Translations under genes and position numbers: made by a program
Part shown: in pieces, positions 13,770 to 25,833 of the stretch
How positions within the stretch are numbered: position 1 is the first letter of the stretch
Layout: each line of letters begins with the position of its first letter
DNA from: Hypanus sabinus
Taxonomy: Eukaryota
Reading direction: 5' to 3'
DNA: 64,000 nucleotides
NCBI RefSeq assembly: GCF_030144855.1
Contig: NW_026779226.1
Location: forward strand, 62,001-126,000
The notes under the pieces: model-generated
The model's database searches: none
Told to the model about the DNA's origin: nothing
Seen by the model: only the letters and a program-made list of their open reading frames with translations

Positions 13770-13960
13770 GTGCAGTGCGGCCTTCACCTCTTCGGTGAGA
13801 TCCGATTGAATATCGGGGAACATTTCTGCGAGTCCTTCGGCACCGTCCTGAGCAAAAGTTAGAACTTTCCTCTCGTCTGCAAATCTACTCCATCTCGCAT
13901 TCCCATTATGAGAGTTTATTCTTGAACTATTTATTATATTTACAGATAGAGCGCCGCACC
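13770..13960 (+). mobile_element. Penelope-like GIY-YIG endonuclease fragment (decayed)
   Basis: Resembles the GLLYIGET.R.LG.RF.EHL and LP..HF.S.SH motifs in degenerate form. Confidence 0.4.
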
Positions 13961-15080
13961 GACAAAAATCGGGCAGTACGTTCTAACCCTAAACTAATCA
14001 GGGGACAATTTGCAATACCAGTTAAACTACCCGACAGCTCTTTGGACAGTGGAAGGGGAAAATGAGCACATTGAACGAGTCGGACGTCCAGAGTGTCCTT
14101 AGTGAGGACACCGGAAGTGGTCTCAGAACTCCGACTCTCACCGTTAGGTTAAATGCCCGACCAGGGTCTTTGCTGCTGGAATGATATTTGTATGGGAAGC
14201 TGCTCATATTCTACCTAATTTTCCTACCTGAAAATTGATTACCGCCGTCTACCTTTTCCAATTCCATCCGCTTTTCTGCTTCCTCTCCCGTCTCTTCTGC
14301 TCAGATCACTTACCCATCTTCTCCACCTGGTCAAACTCCTTCCTTGCTTTCGTACACATCAAGTGTTCACAAGTTCCCACCCCTTCGTTCCCTTTCCTCT
14401 TCCAACTATCACCACACAACCTTTTACGTAACCCCGCTCGCCCTTACATTGCTCATCAACTATTTTTACATTCCCCCTGTAAGTAGGTAATCTACCTCAT
14501 CATCCCCTCAGCCGGCCACTTGTCATTTCCATTCCAGTAAAGGGCTGGCTAAAGTGTGAGTTGTTCATTCTCTTCATTGGAACATGACAGCACCAGAACA
14601 TTCTTCTCGTCTCACAGTCGTGCTGATCTAGTTAAATTACTCATATATTCCCTGACTGATTTTCTCTGCTTCCATTGTGAGCCTGTCCTTCCATTTTCCT
14701 CATAGGCACATGTCTGTCTCAGCATCTCTTCAAGGCCAGTCCTCCTTGTGCCTCAATAGAATGAAGTGTTTCCCAGGCAACCACTATAGAGTTCATTTGA
14801 AATTACCGCCCTTAGGAACTTCATCAATTTGTGTATGTCTCAAAGGCAAATTTGTGACATCTGCAAGATTATTAGGCAACTCATTTGCATACATCCGAGT
14901 CATTTATGTCTATCACAAACCCCGTAACAACTCACTGTCGAACATCTCCTATCGACTGTTATTTCTCCGTTGTGATTAAAATGCGGTTCCTGTGGGAGCT
15001 AATCGGGGCCATTCACCGCCCCAATAGAACTGAACATGCAATTCATCGAAAAGGATATTTTGCGGCGGTTTGGTGGAGTG

Positions 15081-16003
15081 TCACCGAGGATTAACGCGGT
15101 CCTGACAACGCCGTGTGCACTTTGCCATGAGATTTATGGGCGATTTCACCGTCTCCTTCAGCTGCACCCTGAACCTGGCCTGGACCACGGCGTAAAGGGC
15201 CGTGTTGGTGCAGCAGCTCAGCAGTTGCAGCATGTAGCCCAGCTCCCGCAGAGAATTGGAGCTCAGCACGCCAATGTAAAAATACAGGCTATCCCATACG
15301 GAAAACACCGTCAGCAGCGCCCACAGCACGATGAAATTCCCCGACATCACCAGCAATAGCAGGAGGGATTGCCTGCGGTTCTTCATCTCCGGGTCGGAGG
15401 GCGCGCCGCCTTCGCGCGAACCACGGAGTCTCTTCCGTGCTCGGCTTGCCACTAAGATGTGCCTGATGGTTAAACTGTTGAGCAGGAGAATCAGGACAAA
15501 TGGGAATATTGGAGTGAAGACAAAATGAATCAGTGTAAACGTTGCTTCCTGAGATTTGGAAAAACGAGAAGATCGCATACAGAGCACGGACGAAATTATC
15601 ATCGAATATGACCCATCGAGCAAAAAGTACCAGAAAATGTTCTTTAGGCAGCTCAGCAGAGTCACTGTCCCCAGGACCAGAGCCGCCGCTCTCCCGGTGC
15701 AGTATTTCCGTTTCGCCTTTTGAAAACAAATGGCGACAAATCGATCAAAGGTGAAACTGACGGTGAACCAAACAGAACAGTCCGTGGCGGCGTAGAAGAC
15801 GACGGCGTGGATATTACACACGGGAACGCGACGCGACCAGAAATGTAAGTCGACTGAAATATAACTCATCGGAATCTTGCTCAAAACCAGATCGAAGAGA
15901 ACGACGAGCTGATCCGCTGCTACCATGGCAACCAGGTACCGTGTGACGCCTCTGGAGAGACCACACTTACCCCGCGACAGGATAACTATTGTTGCCATGT
16001 TCA
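15081..16003 (-). CDS. GPR139/GPR142-like class A GPCR paralog B, exon 2
   Basis: Acceptor ctctctcctcccag|TG AAC ATG. Open frame to TGA covering the TM1 end to TM7: LVAMVAADQL (TM2), PVCNIH, TFDRFVAIC (TM3), SCCTNTALY (TM7). With exon 1 it gives 367 aa. Confidence 0.92.
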
Positions 16004-16759
16004 CTGGGAGGAGAGAGATAAAAACCATTAACTTACATTTAGATAGAAACATTCTCTGAAAAGTATTATTTTAATCGACAACACTTCCGAGAGCAGAGAT
16101 GAATATGAAATTAATGTATCTTCTAAGGAGATTATCGGGTGCCATTACAAAATCGGAAGTGATTATAATGTACCCGCTGAAGTTGAGGACAATGAGGGGA
16201 ATCTCGTTATAACCTGTCGAATATTGAAAGGCCGAGGTGTCGTGGATAGGGAGAGGTTGCTTCTGCAGCGGGGAAGTGTGTAGATTCGTCGCGGTGTCAA
16301 TGATACAGGGAATGGGCGCCAGAATGTGATTGATAAGGATAATAAGTTATCTGTTATGAAATGGCGCTGAAGGATCCGTGCTGGAATTGCTGAATTCAGC
16401 TGCTGTCCCCTATGGGCTAAGCAGGGATATCAATGGGTGGCTTGAATGTACTCTGATCTTTGGTGACAGAAGAAGGAGTAGAGACCGGGAATTGTTAAGA
16501 GAATAATAAAATGATTAATACATCATGTATCACGGCGACGGAATTTCAACTCCGCTCACCTGGAAACACGAGATCATTTGAGAATACAAGAACATAGGCA
16601 AACTCAGCAGGAATAGTCCATCTGTTCAGATTGGCATGATTTGGCAAAGAAGATGATCATAGATGATCCAGAAACACATAAAACCTACCGCACAATACCG
16701 GCTCCTTCGGCTGCACAGTTGTGTCAAACATGTCCCTACTTGAGAAATTACTTGTTTTA

Positions 16760-18000
16760 CCCATAGGCCTATATTTCTATTGGCTCCATGTACCGATTCA
16801 AAAGTCTATTAAAGGACCCTATCGTATCCGCCTCCACCACCGGTGCCTGCAGCCCATTCCGCGCACACACTACTCTGCGTAAAAAAAAAATATACCCCTG
16901 ATATATCCTCTGTACCTGCCCTCAGCACCTTTAAGCTGGGTCCTCCTGTGGCAACGATGTCAGCCCATGGAAAAAGCTTCTGACTATCCACACGTTCAAT
17001 GCCTCCCATCATCTTATAAACATCTATCAGGTCACTTCTCTTTCTCCGTCGCTCCAAGAAGAGAAGAACGAGTTCACTCAAACTGTTTTCGTAAGGCATG
17101 TTGCAAAATCCAGGGAACATCCTGGCAAATATCCGCTGCACCCTTTCTATCGATTTCACATTCTTCCTGCAGTGAGGCGACCACAACTGAGCACAGAACT
17201 CCAAGTCAGGTCTGAGCAGGGTCCAATACAGCTGCAGCATTTCCTCTCGGCTCCGAAATTCGATTCCATTATTATTGAAGGCCAATACACCGTATGCCTT
17301 CTGGGCCACAGATTTTGCGCAACAGATTTGTCAGTCTGCGCAATAGATTTTAGCGTCCTATGGACTCGGACCCCAAAATCCCTCTGATCCTCCATACTGC
17401 CAAGTCATGCCATTAATACTTTCTTCTACCATCATACTTTGAACTACTACACTTAGCTGGGTTGAACATATGACCCTTTATCGCGCAGTTTTGCGATTAT
17501 CAATGTCTCGCTGTAACCTCTGAATGCCTTCCACGTTATCCACAACACCTCCAACCTCTGTGTTATCTGCAAAGTTATTAACCCATCCCTCCACTTCCTC
17601 TTCCTGGTCATTTATAAATTACATGAAGAGGAAGGGTCGCTGAACAGATCCTTGAGGTACACAACTGATCACTGACATGCACGCAGAATATGCCCGTCTA
17701 CAAACAGACGTTTCCTACTCTGGGCAAGACAGTTCTGGATCCAAAAACCAATCTCCCCTTAAATCGCATGACTCCTTACTTCGTCAATAAGTCTTGCATG
17801 GAGTACCTTATCAAATGCCTTGCTGAAACTATACTACACTATAGTAGTGTAGTACACTACACGTACTATTCCATCTTCATCAATGTGTTTAGTCACATCC
17901 TAAAGATAATCAATCAAGCTTTTAAGGCACGAACTACCCTTGACAAAGCCATTCTGATTACTCCTAATCCTGTTCGACCTCTGTAAATGTTCATAAATTC
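16760..18000 (-). mobile_element. CR1 LINE ORF2 fragment in the GPCR B intron (another at ~19400-19790)
   Basis: ORF 16809-17309 RPDLEFCAQLWSP...ERVQRIFARMFPG; RT motifs upstream. Confidence 0.8.
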
Positions 18001-19922
18001 TGCCTCACCGGATCTTCTCCTACTTACCAAACACTGAAGTGAGATTGACCATCGATTCATCGCCGCATACCTTCCTTATTCATCATAACCCTAATTATTG
18101 TACTGTGCAAAAAAAAACATGCCAGCCTATCTTAAATATATTTAGTAAGGTAGTCTTAACTGCTTCAGTGAGCAGACAATTCCACAGACTCACCACTCTC
18201 TGAGAGAAGAGCTTCCTCCTGATCACTGTCCTAAATTTACTCCCCAGAATCCTCCATCTTTAGTCTCACCTACATCCCTGCTCTTAAAATCAATCCCTCT
18301 GGCAACAAAGGGGAACATCCCATCTGCCTTCCTGATAGACTGATAGCAAGCTTTTATAATTCAGGCACATGTAGCCCAGTGGTAAACACTCGGCTTGCTC
18401 AGCTCGGTTCCGTCTAGGGGGAGCAGCCTTCGGCCCCGCCAGTCTGGGTATTCAGCTTGTGTAGATTTTGTGTGATGTCCCCACCACACGAAATAACAGA
18501 CAGCACACTGTATGCGATTAAATGATTGCACTTTATATATCTTACTCGAACTATGTTCGAGTAGTTCGAACATACTACTAATATAAAATGAAAAGTAAAC
18601 GTATCAAATTTCAATCACTTCGTGCACAATAGTTGGAGCTCAATCAAGGATGTCTTCGTGCCACCATTCGATCACCTCCGACTTTCACAACCCGCTATCT
18701 GGGACCAACAATGGTGTTTGACCAGACGCTCCACACGAATTTGTCCTCGTATCCTCTCCTCGCCGAAGACCCTGGACCTCGGACTCCCGCTCGGGGACCG
18801 TTCCGTCGCCCAGCTTACAACATCGTCCATCCTCTCTCTATCCCATCGCGCCTACTTCCCAAACCCCGCGAAACAATATCTTACAGACTCTCAAGAAAGA
18901 ATAACGACTATCCCAATTGGTTAGCAAATGAATGCAATTCTCGTTGTCAGTAGTTGTAACCCGAACAGAGAAAACCGTTATCATAAAAGAGAAGCATTTT
19001 TTTAAATTTTTAACACAACGAAGAAGCCGTTATTCTAGCCTTAACTGTAAAATAAAAGAAGAAACATCTCATATACAGGCACTCCAAAATCCCTCCGCAC
19101 AGCAGCATACTGCTAACATTGACCACTGAAATAATATACTGTTCTTCAATTAACCATTCCCAAGTGGATGACCCCGCATTTACCAACTTTGCACTCCATC
19201 TGCCAGACGCTGGTACATTCGCTGAACATGTTACTATCCCGCTGCACGCTGCTGTTTGCTCTGCACTCTTTGTGTCGGCGGCAGATCATCGCAGGTTAGA
19301 TGCCCGCGTGAACTCATGCTTTTAAACTGGTGAGTCGTTGGAGCTATTTATTTATTTATTTCCCATAATGCTCTATTTTGCCACCTTATTTGAACTACTT
19401 AAAGAAACCTCATCACACCTGTCTGTGTAGAACTTCATCTGTCTCTTCATAGCGCAGTCCTGCGTCCTATTAATGTCCTTCTGTAGCATCTGACTCTTCT
19501 CCACACTATCCACAACACCACCGACCTGTTTTCATTATCAAATTTACGGACCCGTCGCTAAACATTCTCATCCAGGTCATTTATAAAACTCACGAAGCGT
19601 AGGGGTGCCAGAATAGATCCTTGATGCAAACCACTGGTCAAAGACCTCAATGCAGAATATACCGTCTAAAACAACACTTTGCTTTCTGTGGGCAAGCCAT
19701 TTCTGCATGCACAAAGCAAAGGCCCCTTGGATCACATGCCTCCTTACTTTCACAAAAAGCCTTGCATGCTGTACCTTATCAAATACACTCAGCAGATGTT
19801 TGCTGAAGCCATATTATTTGGAAAGACCTGCCGTGCAATTAGCGTGTCGTTAGAGTAGAGCTATGTAAGAGAAGCGGGCATATTTTTCAACGTAAGTCAT
19901 GAGGAAGGGACGCGGTACTTAC

Positions 19923-20103
19923 CAGGAAGAGCTACAATGGCGAGTACAGGGTAATAAATCAGTTTGACTGCCATAAGCACAACAGTGATTCGAGAGTCCA
20001 ACGTCAGCCATTCGTAATATTCAAAAAGATACTGAATATGCCCGAAAATATTCTTCGCAATTCCTGTAGCATTGTACGATGTAATTCTAAGATTAGGATC
20101 CAT
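19923..20103 (-). CDS. GPCR paralog B, exon 1
   Basis: MDPNLRITSYNATG...LIYYPVLAIVALP (60 codons +1 nt), NAT sequon, phase-1 donor G|GTAAGT that joins exon 2 in frame (YYP..A....PVN.. TM1). Confidence 0.9.
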
Positions 20104-20739
20104 TGCTGGGATAGTCCAGATTTTCCTGTTCCCGATCCAACCTCGTCTTCTCTCTGTCTGCAACCGCTAGTCTCTGATAGCGCAGACTGGCGGCTCTCCC
20201 TAAAACTGTCGTCGTGTGGGATTTTGTACACATTAATAGACCAGGCAAGGAGCAGGCACACCTCCGCGGTGACGTCGACAATCCCCACGGGCACTCCCTT
20301 CATTAGCGTCTACAGAATTTCAGGTGCAGTTAACCCTTTATTTGCCGACCGAGAGTGAAGCAACATAAAAGCAGATTGGAAGTGTATCTATTCATCCAAC
20401 AAGACGGCTGTCGACGGATGCGTGCAGTGTCGTAAATTGAAACAAAATTGTGAGAATTATTGCAATACAGCAGGACACTGATATACATGTAGTCTGCAAT
20501 GGAAGTTACACGCAGCAAATAATAAAACAACAAACAATAGCGATGATATAAACAGATAAAAATAATTATTGCATATACAGTTCTTAAAAATTAGAGTTGC
20601 ATGGGTAGTTTGAACATGATATCGAGTTGGATAATTCCAAAATAATGATTTTCAGAATAAGGAGTTTTGACCAGTGGCCTATCGGGTATTTGGATGATTT
20701 CGGAATCAGCACGAGAAAAAAAAGGCGACAGCGATTCCT

Positions 20740-21450
20740 TACGGTGAAAAGAAGCTATGCCCTCCGTCGTAGCAGCGTTTGTCGTTGATCTGTAAGACGG
20801 TGGCAGGGGCAAATTCAGTAGCCATCGTCTGAATGGACCGTTAAGCAGGTGATCTTCAGGATTCTGCACACGAGACGTCAGCTCAGGGAGACTTCAGCCA
20901 AAATAGGGAAAGGAAAGAAAAGTCCAAGAATAAGACTTCTTTTCTCCTTTTTTTATATCTGATCCGATAGGATAACAGAACAGCCGGGAAGGATATTTGA
21001 ATGCTCCTGTTGCGGGATGTCGGAAGGCGTAGAGAACTCCAGTAACCCTGACGACGAACTGGAACTGGACGAAATCCACATCATTCGAGATGATGAAGTG
21101 GTGATAGACAGGCAGTTATGGGCAGGGTGAAGGACACAGAGGAGTGTGTGACAGTCATGAAAGAGCGTCTCCCTCAACTGTTTTGATACTGTTGCGGTGT
21201 TTGGTGGGGCGGGAGTATCACCTAAAAGTGTTCAGTCTCAGTGGTCGGGTCTCCGCCATTTAGTTTGCCTCTGTGACTCTGCGGGAATTGAGCGGTGTCT
21301 CTGTGCGTGAGGTGGGGAGGGCGACAGAGTGAAAGTCACGATATGACGATCGGATATTCGTGAGTGGTGCCGACAGGTGGTTCTGTCAGCGACAGCGTCA
21401 AGGATATCTCGGATAGAGTCTCCAGCATTATTACGTGGGAATGTGGACTG
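20740..21450 (+). mobile_element. CR1 LINE 5' UTR/ORF1 fragment upstream of GPCR B
   Basis: Homologous to 3900-4560 (gtctgaatggaccg..aagcaggtgatcttc; gagaactccagtaaccctgacga). Confidence 0.65.
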
Positions 21451-21479
21451 CTCGAAAGCGAGGTTAAAAGGCTGGACCT

Positions 21480-22030
21480 CCAGGATTTGCTGCCCGTCCT
21501 ACGTGCTTGTGAGACTACAACTAGTAAGAATAATGCATCCAACTATGGCAGAATCAGCAGATAACTTCTGAAGATGGCAAGACTCTGTGCAGTAGTTGAA
21601 GTCCGAGCTGTAGATGATGAAGTGAAAGAGAGACAGGACAGTCCCCTGTGGAGCCCCAGCGCTGCTGACCACGCTGTCTGACACACAGTGTTGCAAGCGC
21701 ACGTACTGTGGTCTTTTAGTCAGCTCATCAATAATCTATAACATCAGGGAAGCTTCCACCTGCATCACTGTCAGCTTCTCACCCAGCAGGGCACGGCGGA
21801 TGGTGTTGAAAACAATGGAGAAGTCAAAAAACATGATCCTCACAGTGCTCGCCGGCTTGTCCATCTGGGCGTACCCACGAATCAGCAGGTAGACGATGGC
21901 ATCCTCAACTGCTAGTCGGGGCTGGGAGGCGAACTGGAGGGGGTCCAGGTGTGGACTAACCATAGGCCGGAGCTGCTCTAGAACAAGTCTCTGCAGTGTC
22001 TTCATGATGTGAGAGATCAATGCCAAAGTT
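21480..22030 (-). mobile_element. Rex1/Babar-type LINE reverse transcriptase fragment
   Basis: MKTLQRLV..LDPLQFA..VEDAI..VRIMFFDFS.VFNTI, GAPQGTVLS, LQKLSADSAIVG. Confidence 0.8.
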
Positions 22031-22542
22031 GGTTTGTGGGTGGTATTCGGCAACGATGAATATTGACGACTTTCTGACCGAAAGAGAAATGGCCAGTAAT
22101 GTTACAGAGTGTAATTAAGAGCAAGGCGCAGCAAGTTTCTACAGCTTTAACTGCTGAGCAAGCGCTTGATTATGATATTGTGAAGCAGCATATACTGAAA
22201 GCGTATGAACTGGTTCAAGAAGTTTATAAAGAAAGATTAATAAATATGAAGAAATCGGTGGAAAAAATAAACTTACGTGGAATTTGCCTGTGATAAAGCT
22301 GCGTGCTTTGAGAATGGGATTCCACTGAAAATGTAAATGGGGACTATAATAAACGAAAAGAGTTGATATTAATTGAGAAATTTAAGAGGAATATCCCTGT
22401 TGAAGTAAGAACATACTTAAATGCGAGGTACAGTGCTGCATTTCAGCAGTCTGCTTAATTAGCAGATGAGGATGTTTTAATCCAAAAGATAAAATTTCAG
22501 CAGGATAGAACTTTAAAAGGAAAATTAACAAAGAGAGTCAAG

Positions 22543-23519
22543 TGTTACATACCCGGCGGGTATCTGGTGACTTCCTTATGACCATTACGTAATTGAGTAC
22601 GTGGTGAGCTGATGTAATTGTCTTTTTATGGTGGGGTGATGTTATTTCCCGCCAGTCTGAGGTTACATGAAGTAATTCTCCCGGCAGTGAGAGGTCATGT
22701 GATAACCTGTTCCACCAGGTTTTAAAGGGGAAAGCCTTGCTCCTGTGCAGGTTAGTTCGTTGTTCAATTCTTCAGTTCACACGTAATGTTGTGTTTCCGT
22801 CTCAGGACGCAGTTTCGTTTCCATGAGGAGTTTTACTTTCTACTGTAATTTGTACCGGCAGTTTTTCAAATCACTGCCAGTCATGCTTAATGGATCTTCG
22901 ATATTATTTTAAAGTTTATTTATTCGAGAGTAAAGATTTGACGACGTACGGGAAACCGATGTCCCGAGTAAAATTGGTGTCGTCGGCTGTAATACAGGAT
23001 CGACCTTACTGAATCTACTTTCAAGGAATTAGTAATCTGCATCCGAGGTAATCCCTGCTATAAGAGCAGAATGGATTGGGGCAGTGTTATTCGCCCAGGA
23101 AAAGATCAGTTCCTTTAAGCCGTTTTTATTTCCTCCGTCGTAAATGCTTCGGGCAATACACATTTCTGCTTGGAACAGTAGTAACGTCAGGTCGTCGAGG
23201 AATTCGTTACTTCAAGAATGTCTCTCCTAATTGACTGTCTAAATGACCTGGAATTTTGTATTTATCTTTGTAAGACTGTGTTCGCATTTATCGCTTTAAG
23301 AACTGTTCGATTTGCCAAGCAGTTAACTTCCGGTTAAGTTGATCGTTTCATTTTTTTTCTCTTGAAAAAGGTTTAATAAATGGTTCTTTGCTCTATATTA
23401 CTCAAAACATTCTGGAGGAACGCAGCAGGGCAGGTAGCATTTTTTGTGTATTGCTAGAATTTCCAGTATCTGCAGATGTCCTCGTCTATCCAGTATTCAT
23501 TGTTGCCCCCATCGTAACA
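22543..23519 (+). mobile_element. First complete LTR of the array (~977 bp)
   Basis: Inverted termini TGTTAC...GTAACA, immediately followed by the PBS. Confidence 0.8.
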
Positions 23520-23521
23520 AT

Positions 23522-23539
23522 TGGGGGCTCGTTCGTGAT
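23522..23539 (+). other. tRNA-Pro primer binding site
   Basis: TGGGGGCTCGTTCGTGAT matches 16/18 nt of TGGGGGCTCGTCCGGGAT, the complement of the tRNA-Pro 3' end. Confidence 0.8.
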
Positions 23540-24777
23540 ATGTTCAATATTATGCCTGAATGTTTGTTTACTTATCAGTCTGTTTTGGTAAAGGGAATTA
23601 CCGGATTCCTTTGTTTGATAGGTTTGTGGATGGTATTCGGAAATAATAAATTTTGAGGACTTTCTGGCGTCGTCAGACCCGGAGATATAATCGAAGGTGA
23701 AAAAGAGTGATGTATCTCAGATTGTCAGCAGTTTCCAAATAAACGGTATTTCGACGGCGAGACCAAAGCCTGAAATTCAGAAGAATATCTCTGAGAACGA
23801 AATAGATTAGGGTGCTTTGATGTAGCTGTGTTAAATAGGCTCCCTGGTAGTAAAGCAGCGATCCAGTTAGACCTGTAACAGGTAGCGTTAGAACAGAAGC
23901 TGAGTTAAAACAGATATAACTGGAAGCTAATTCGGAGTTAATCGGCTCTGAACAGAAAATAAAAAGAGGCAATTCGAACGCGATTTCAGAATTAAGGACA
24001 GATAATCTGTCCTCTGGCTCTAGCAAAACTTCTGTCGTTAGTCAGGAAATTAAATTGGATCCTTCATTTAGTGAAACAGAAGTAGAGATACATTTTCAAC
24101 GTTTTGAAACTTTTGCTCTGATTTCAGTGTGGCAGAAGGAGAAATGGCCAGTGTTGTTCCAGAGTGTAATTAAAGGCAAGACAAAACGAGTTTATATAGC
24201 TTGAACTGCTGAGCAAGCATTTGATTATGATATCATATATACTGAAATCTGTGAACTGGTTCCGAAAGCATAAATGTTTCTTTTTTTATAAAAAAAAAAT
24301 CTGTCTCAGTTCTATATTCATTGTTGCCGTACCATAACAATTGGGGGCTCTCGGGATATATAGCGCCTTTGTGCTTAAATGCTTGCTTACTTAGCAGTCT
24401 GTTTTGGAAAAGGGAAATACCCAATTATTTTGTTTGATTGATTTCTTGGTGGTATTTGGCAGCAATGACTGTTGACAACTTTCTCGCATCAACAGCGTTA
24501 TTAACGAAGGCGAAAAAGTGTGATGAAACTGAGATTGCAAGCAGGTTGGAAATTAAGGGTATTTTGATGGCTACAACAAAGCCTGTAATGCAGAGGAAAA
24601 TCGCGGAACACTATTTAGATTAGGGTGTTTTTGATGCAGCTGTGTTAGGTTCCCTCTAAGTAAAGCAGTGATCCAGATACACCTGGAAAAAGTAGCGATA
24701 GAAAATCTTAGAATAGAAGCTGAGTTACAAAAGCAATTGGAGGCCAACTTGGAACTAAGACGGTCAGTAGCTGAAAA

Positions 24778-25833
24778 TGTCTTGGTCCAGTCCGAAATCT
24801 GCATTCCGGTTCACGGTCTGGTCTGGTTCACACTGGAATCCGGGTCCTCCGGCTGACACTAGTTTGGGTTGGACTGAAACATAAGAACCTAATGCTCATC
24901 ATGGAAGCTGGGAATATAAGTGGAACTGGGATTGAGTGTCGTTGGGGGGTCGTCAGTCTCCCCTTGGAGCAACCCACTGCTGAGTAATGGATTTGGATGT
25001 TCCATAGCCCGCCGATGTTACCAACCGCCGCGAGTCTTGGAACCACCCCAGACAGATCTCGCATTCTGTGCTTCGCCTCCGTCGGGTAGCCAAGACGTTT
25101 GCCCTTACCCTGCGGTTGTTTCTGTCCCTTCCTGTCCTTCGACTCTTTCGGGTAAGCTAGGACGTTTGCCGTTAAACTGCGATTGGTTCTGTCCATTACT
25201 GTTCCTTGCCTCCGTCGGGTACAGTACCGCGTCCTGTCCATGAGTCCCTCGTCCTGCCCAGGAGTCGTTTCCAAGAACCCAAACCTCAAGCCTCGAGCTC
25301 CAAGATCCCAAGACTCAAACCTGGAGTTTCAAGAACACACCCCGCAAGCCTGGAGCTCCAAGAACACAAGCCTCAATCCTCGACCTCCAGGAACCCAAAT
25401 CTCAAACCTTGAGTTCCAAGTACCCAATCCTCAAACCTCGAGCTCCGGGAACCCTACCCTCAAGCCTCGAGCTCCAAGAACCCAAGCCTCAAGCCTCGAG
25501 CTCCAAGAACCCAAGCCTCAAGCCTCGAGCTCCTAGAGCCCAAGCCTCAAGCCTCGAGCTCCAAGAACCCAAGCCTCAAGCCTCGAGCTCCTAGAGCCCA
25601 GGCCTCTTGATGTTCGATGTCCGAGCACGAGTCAAGTCCCAGGTTCTGGATCCGTGTCCAGTCTCGTGCTCGGAGTCCACCCAAGGCTCATTGTTCCCAG
25701 TCCCTCGTCCTGCTCCTGCTTCCCTAACCTAGTCTGCGACCTGTCCCGTCCATTAGTTTTGTCCCGTCCTGTTCCTAGTACTTCAGTGTCTGTGTCCTGC
25801 ATTCGGGTCCGTTCCCAATGCCATCTTATGACA
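24778..25833. mobile_element. Solo LTR of a different family inserted into gag of one array unit
   Basis: TGTC...TGACA termini, flanks GAAAA/GAACA (5-bp TSD, 1 mismatch); the gag sequence resumes after it. Confidence 0.75.
25271..25606. repeat. 29-bp minisatellite inside the solo LTR (~11 copies)
   Basis: Unit caagcctcgagctccaagaacccaagcct with variants. Confidence 0.9.

Noticed and set aside
16004-16052. ORF-track N-termini of the GPCRs (MFLSKCKLMVFISLLP; also MFPCKYVF... at 43146-43194) as single-exon starts
   Set aside because: These are intronic polypyrimidine/acceptor sequence. The real TM1 N-half (YYP..AIVA.P) lies in upstream exons with phase-matched GT donors.
18366-18960. Possible solo LTR in the GPCR B intron
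   Set aside because: It looks LTR-like, but I could not define consistent termini or a TSD.
25271-25606. Regular 29-bp repeats (and the 25-bp repeats at 59518) as a CRISPR array or a Pro/Ser-rich protein
   Set aside because: The units are contiguous with no unique spacers, the context is eukaryotic and inside an LTR or intron, and the ORFs are by-products of the repeat.
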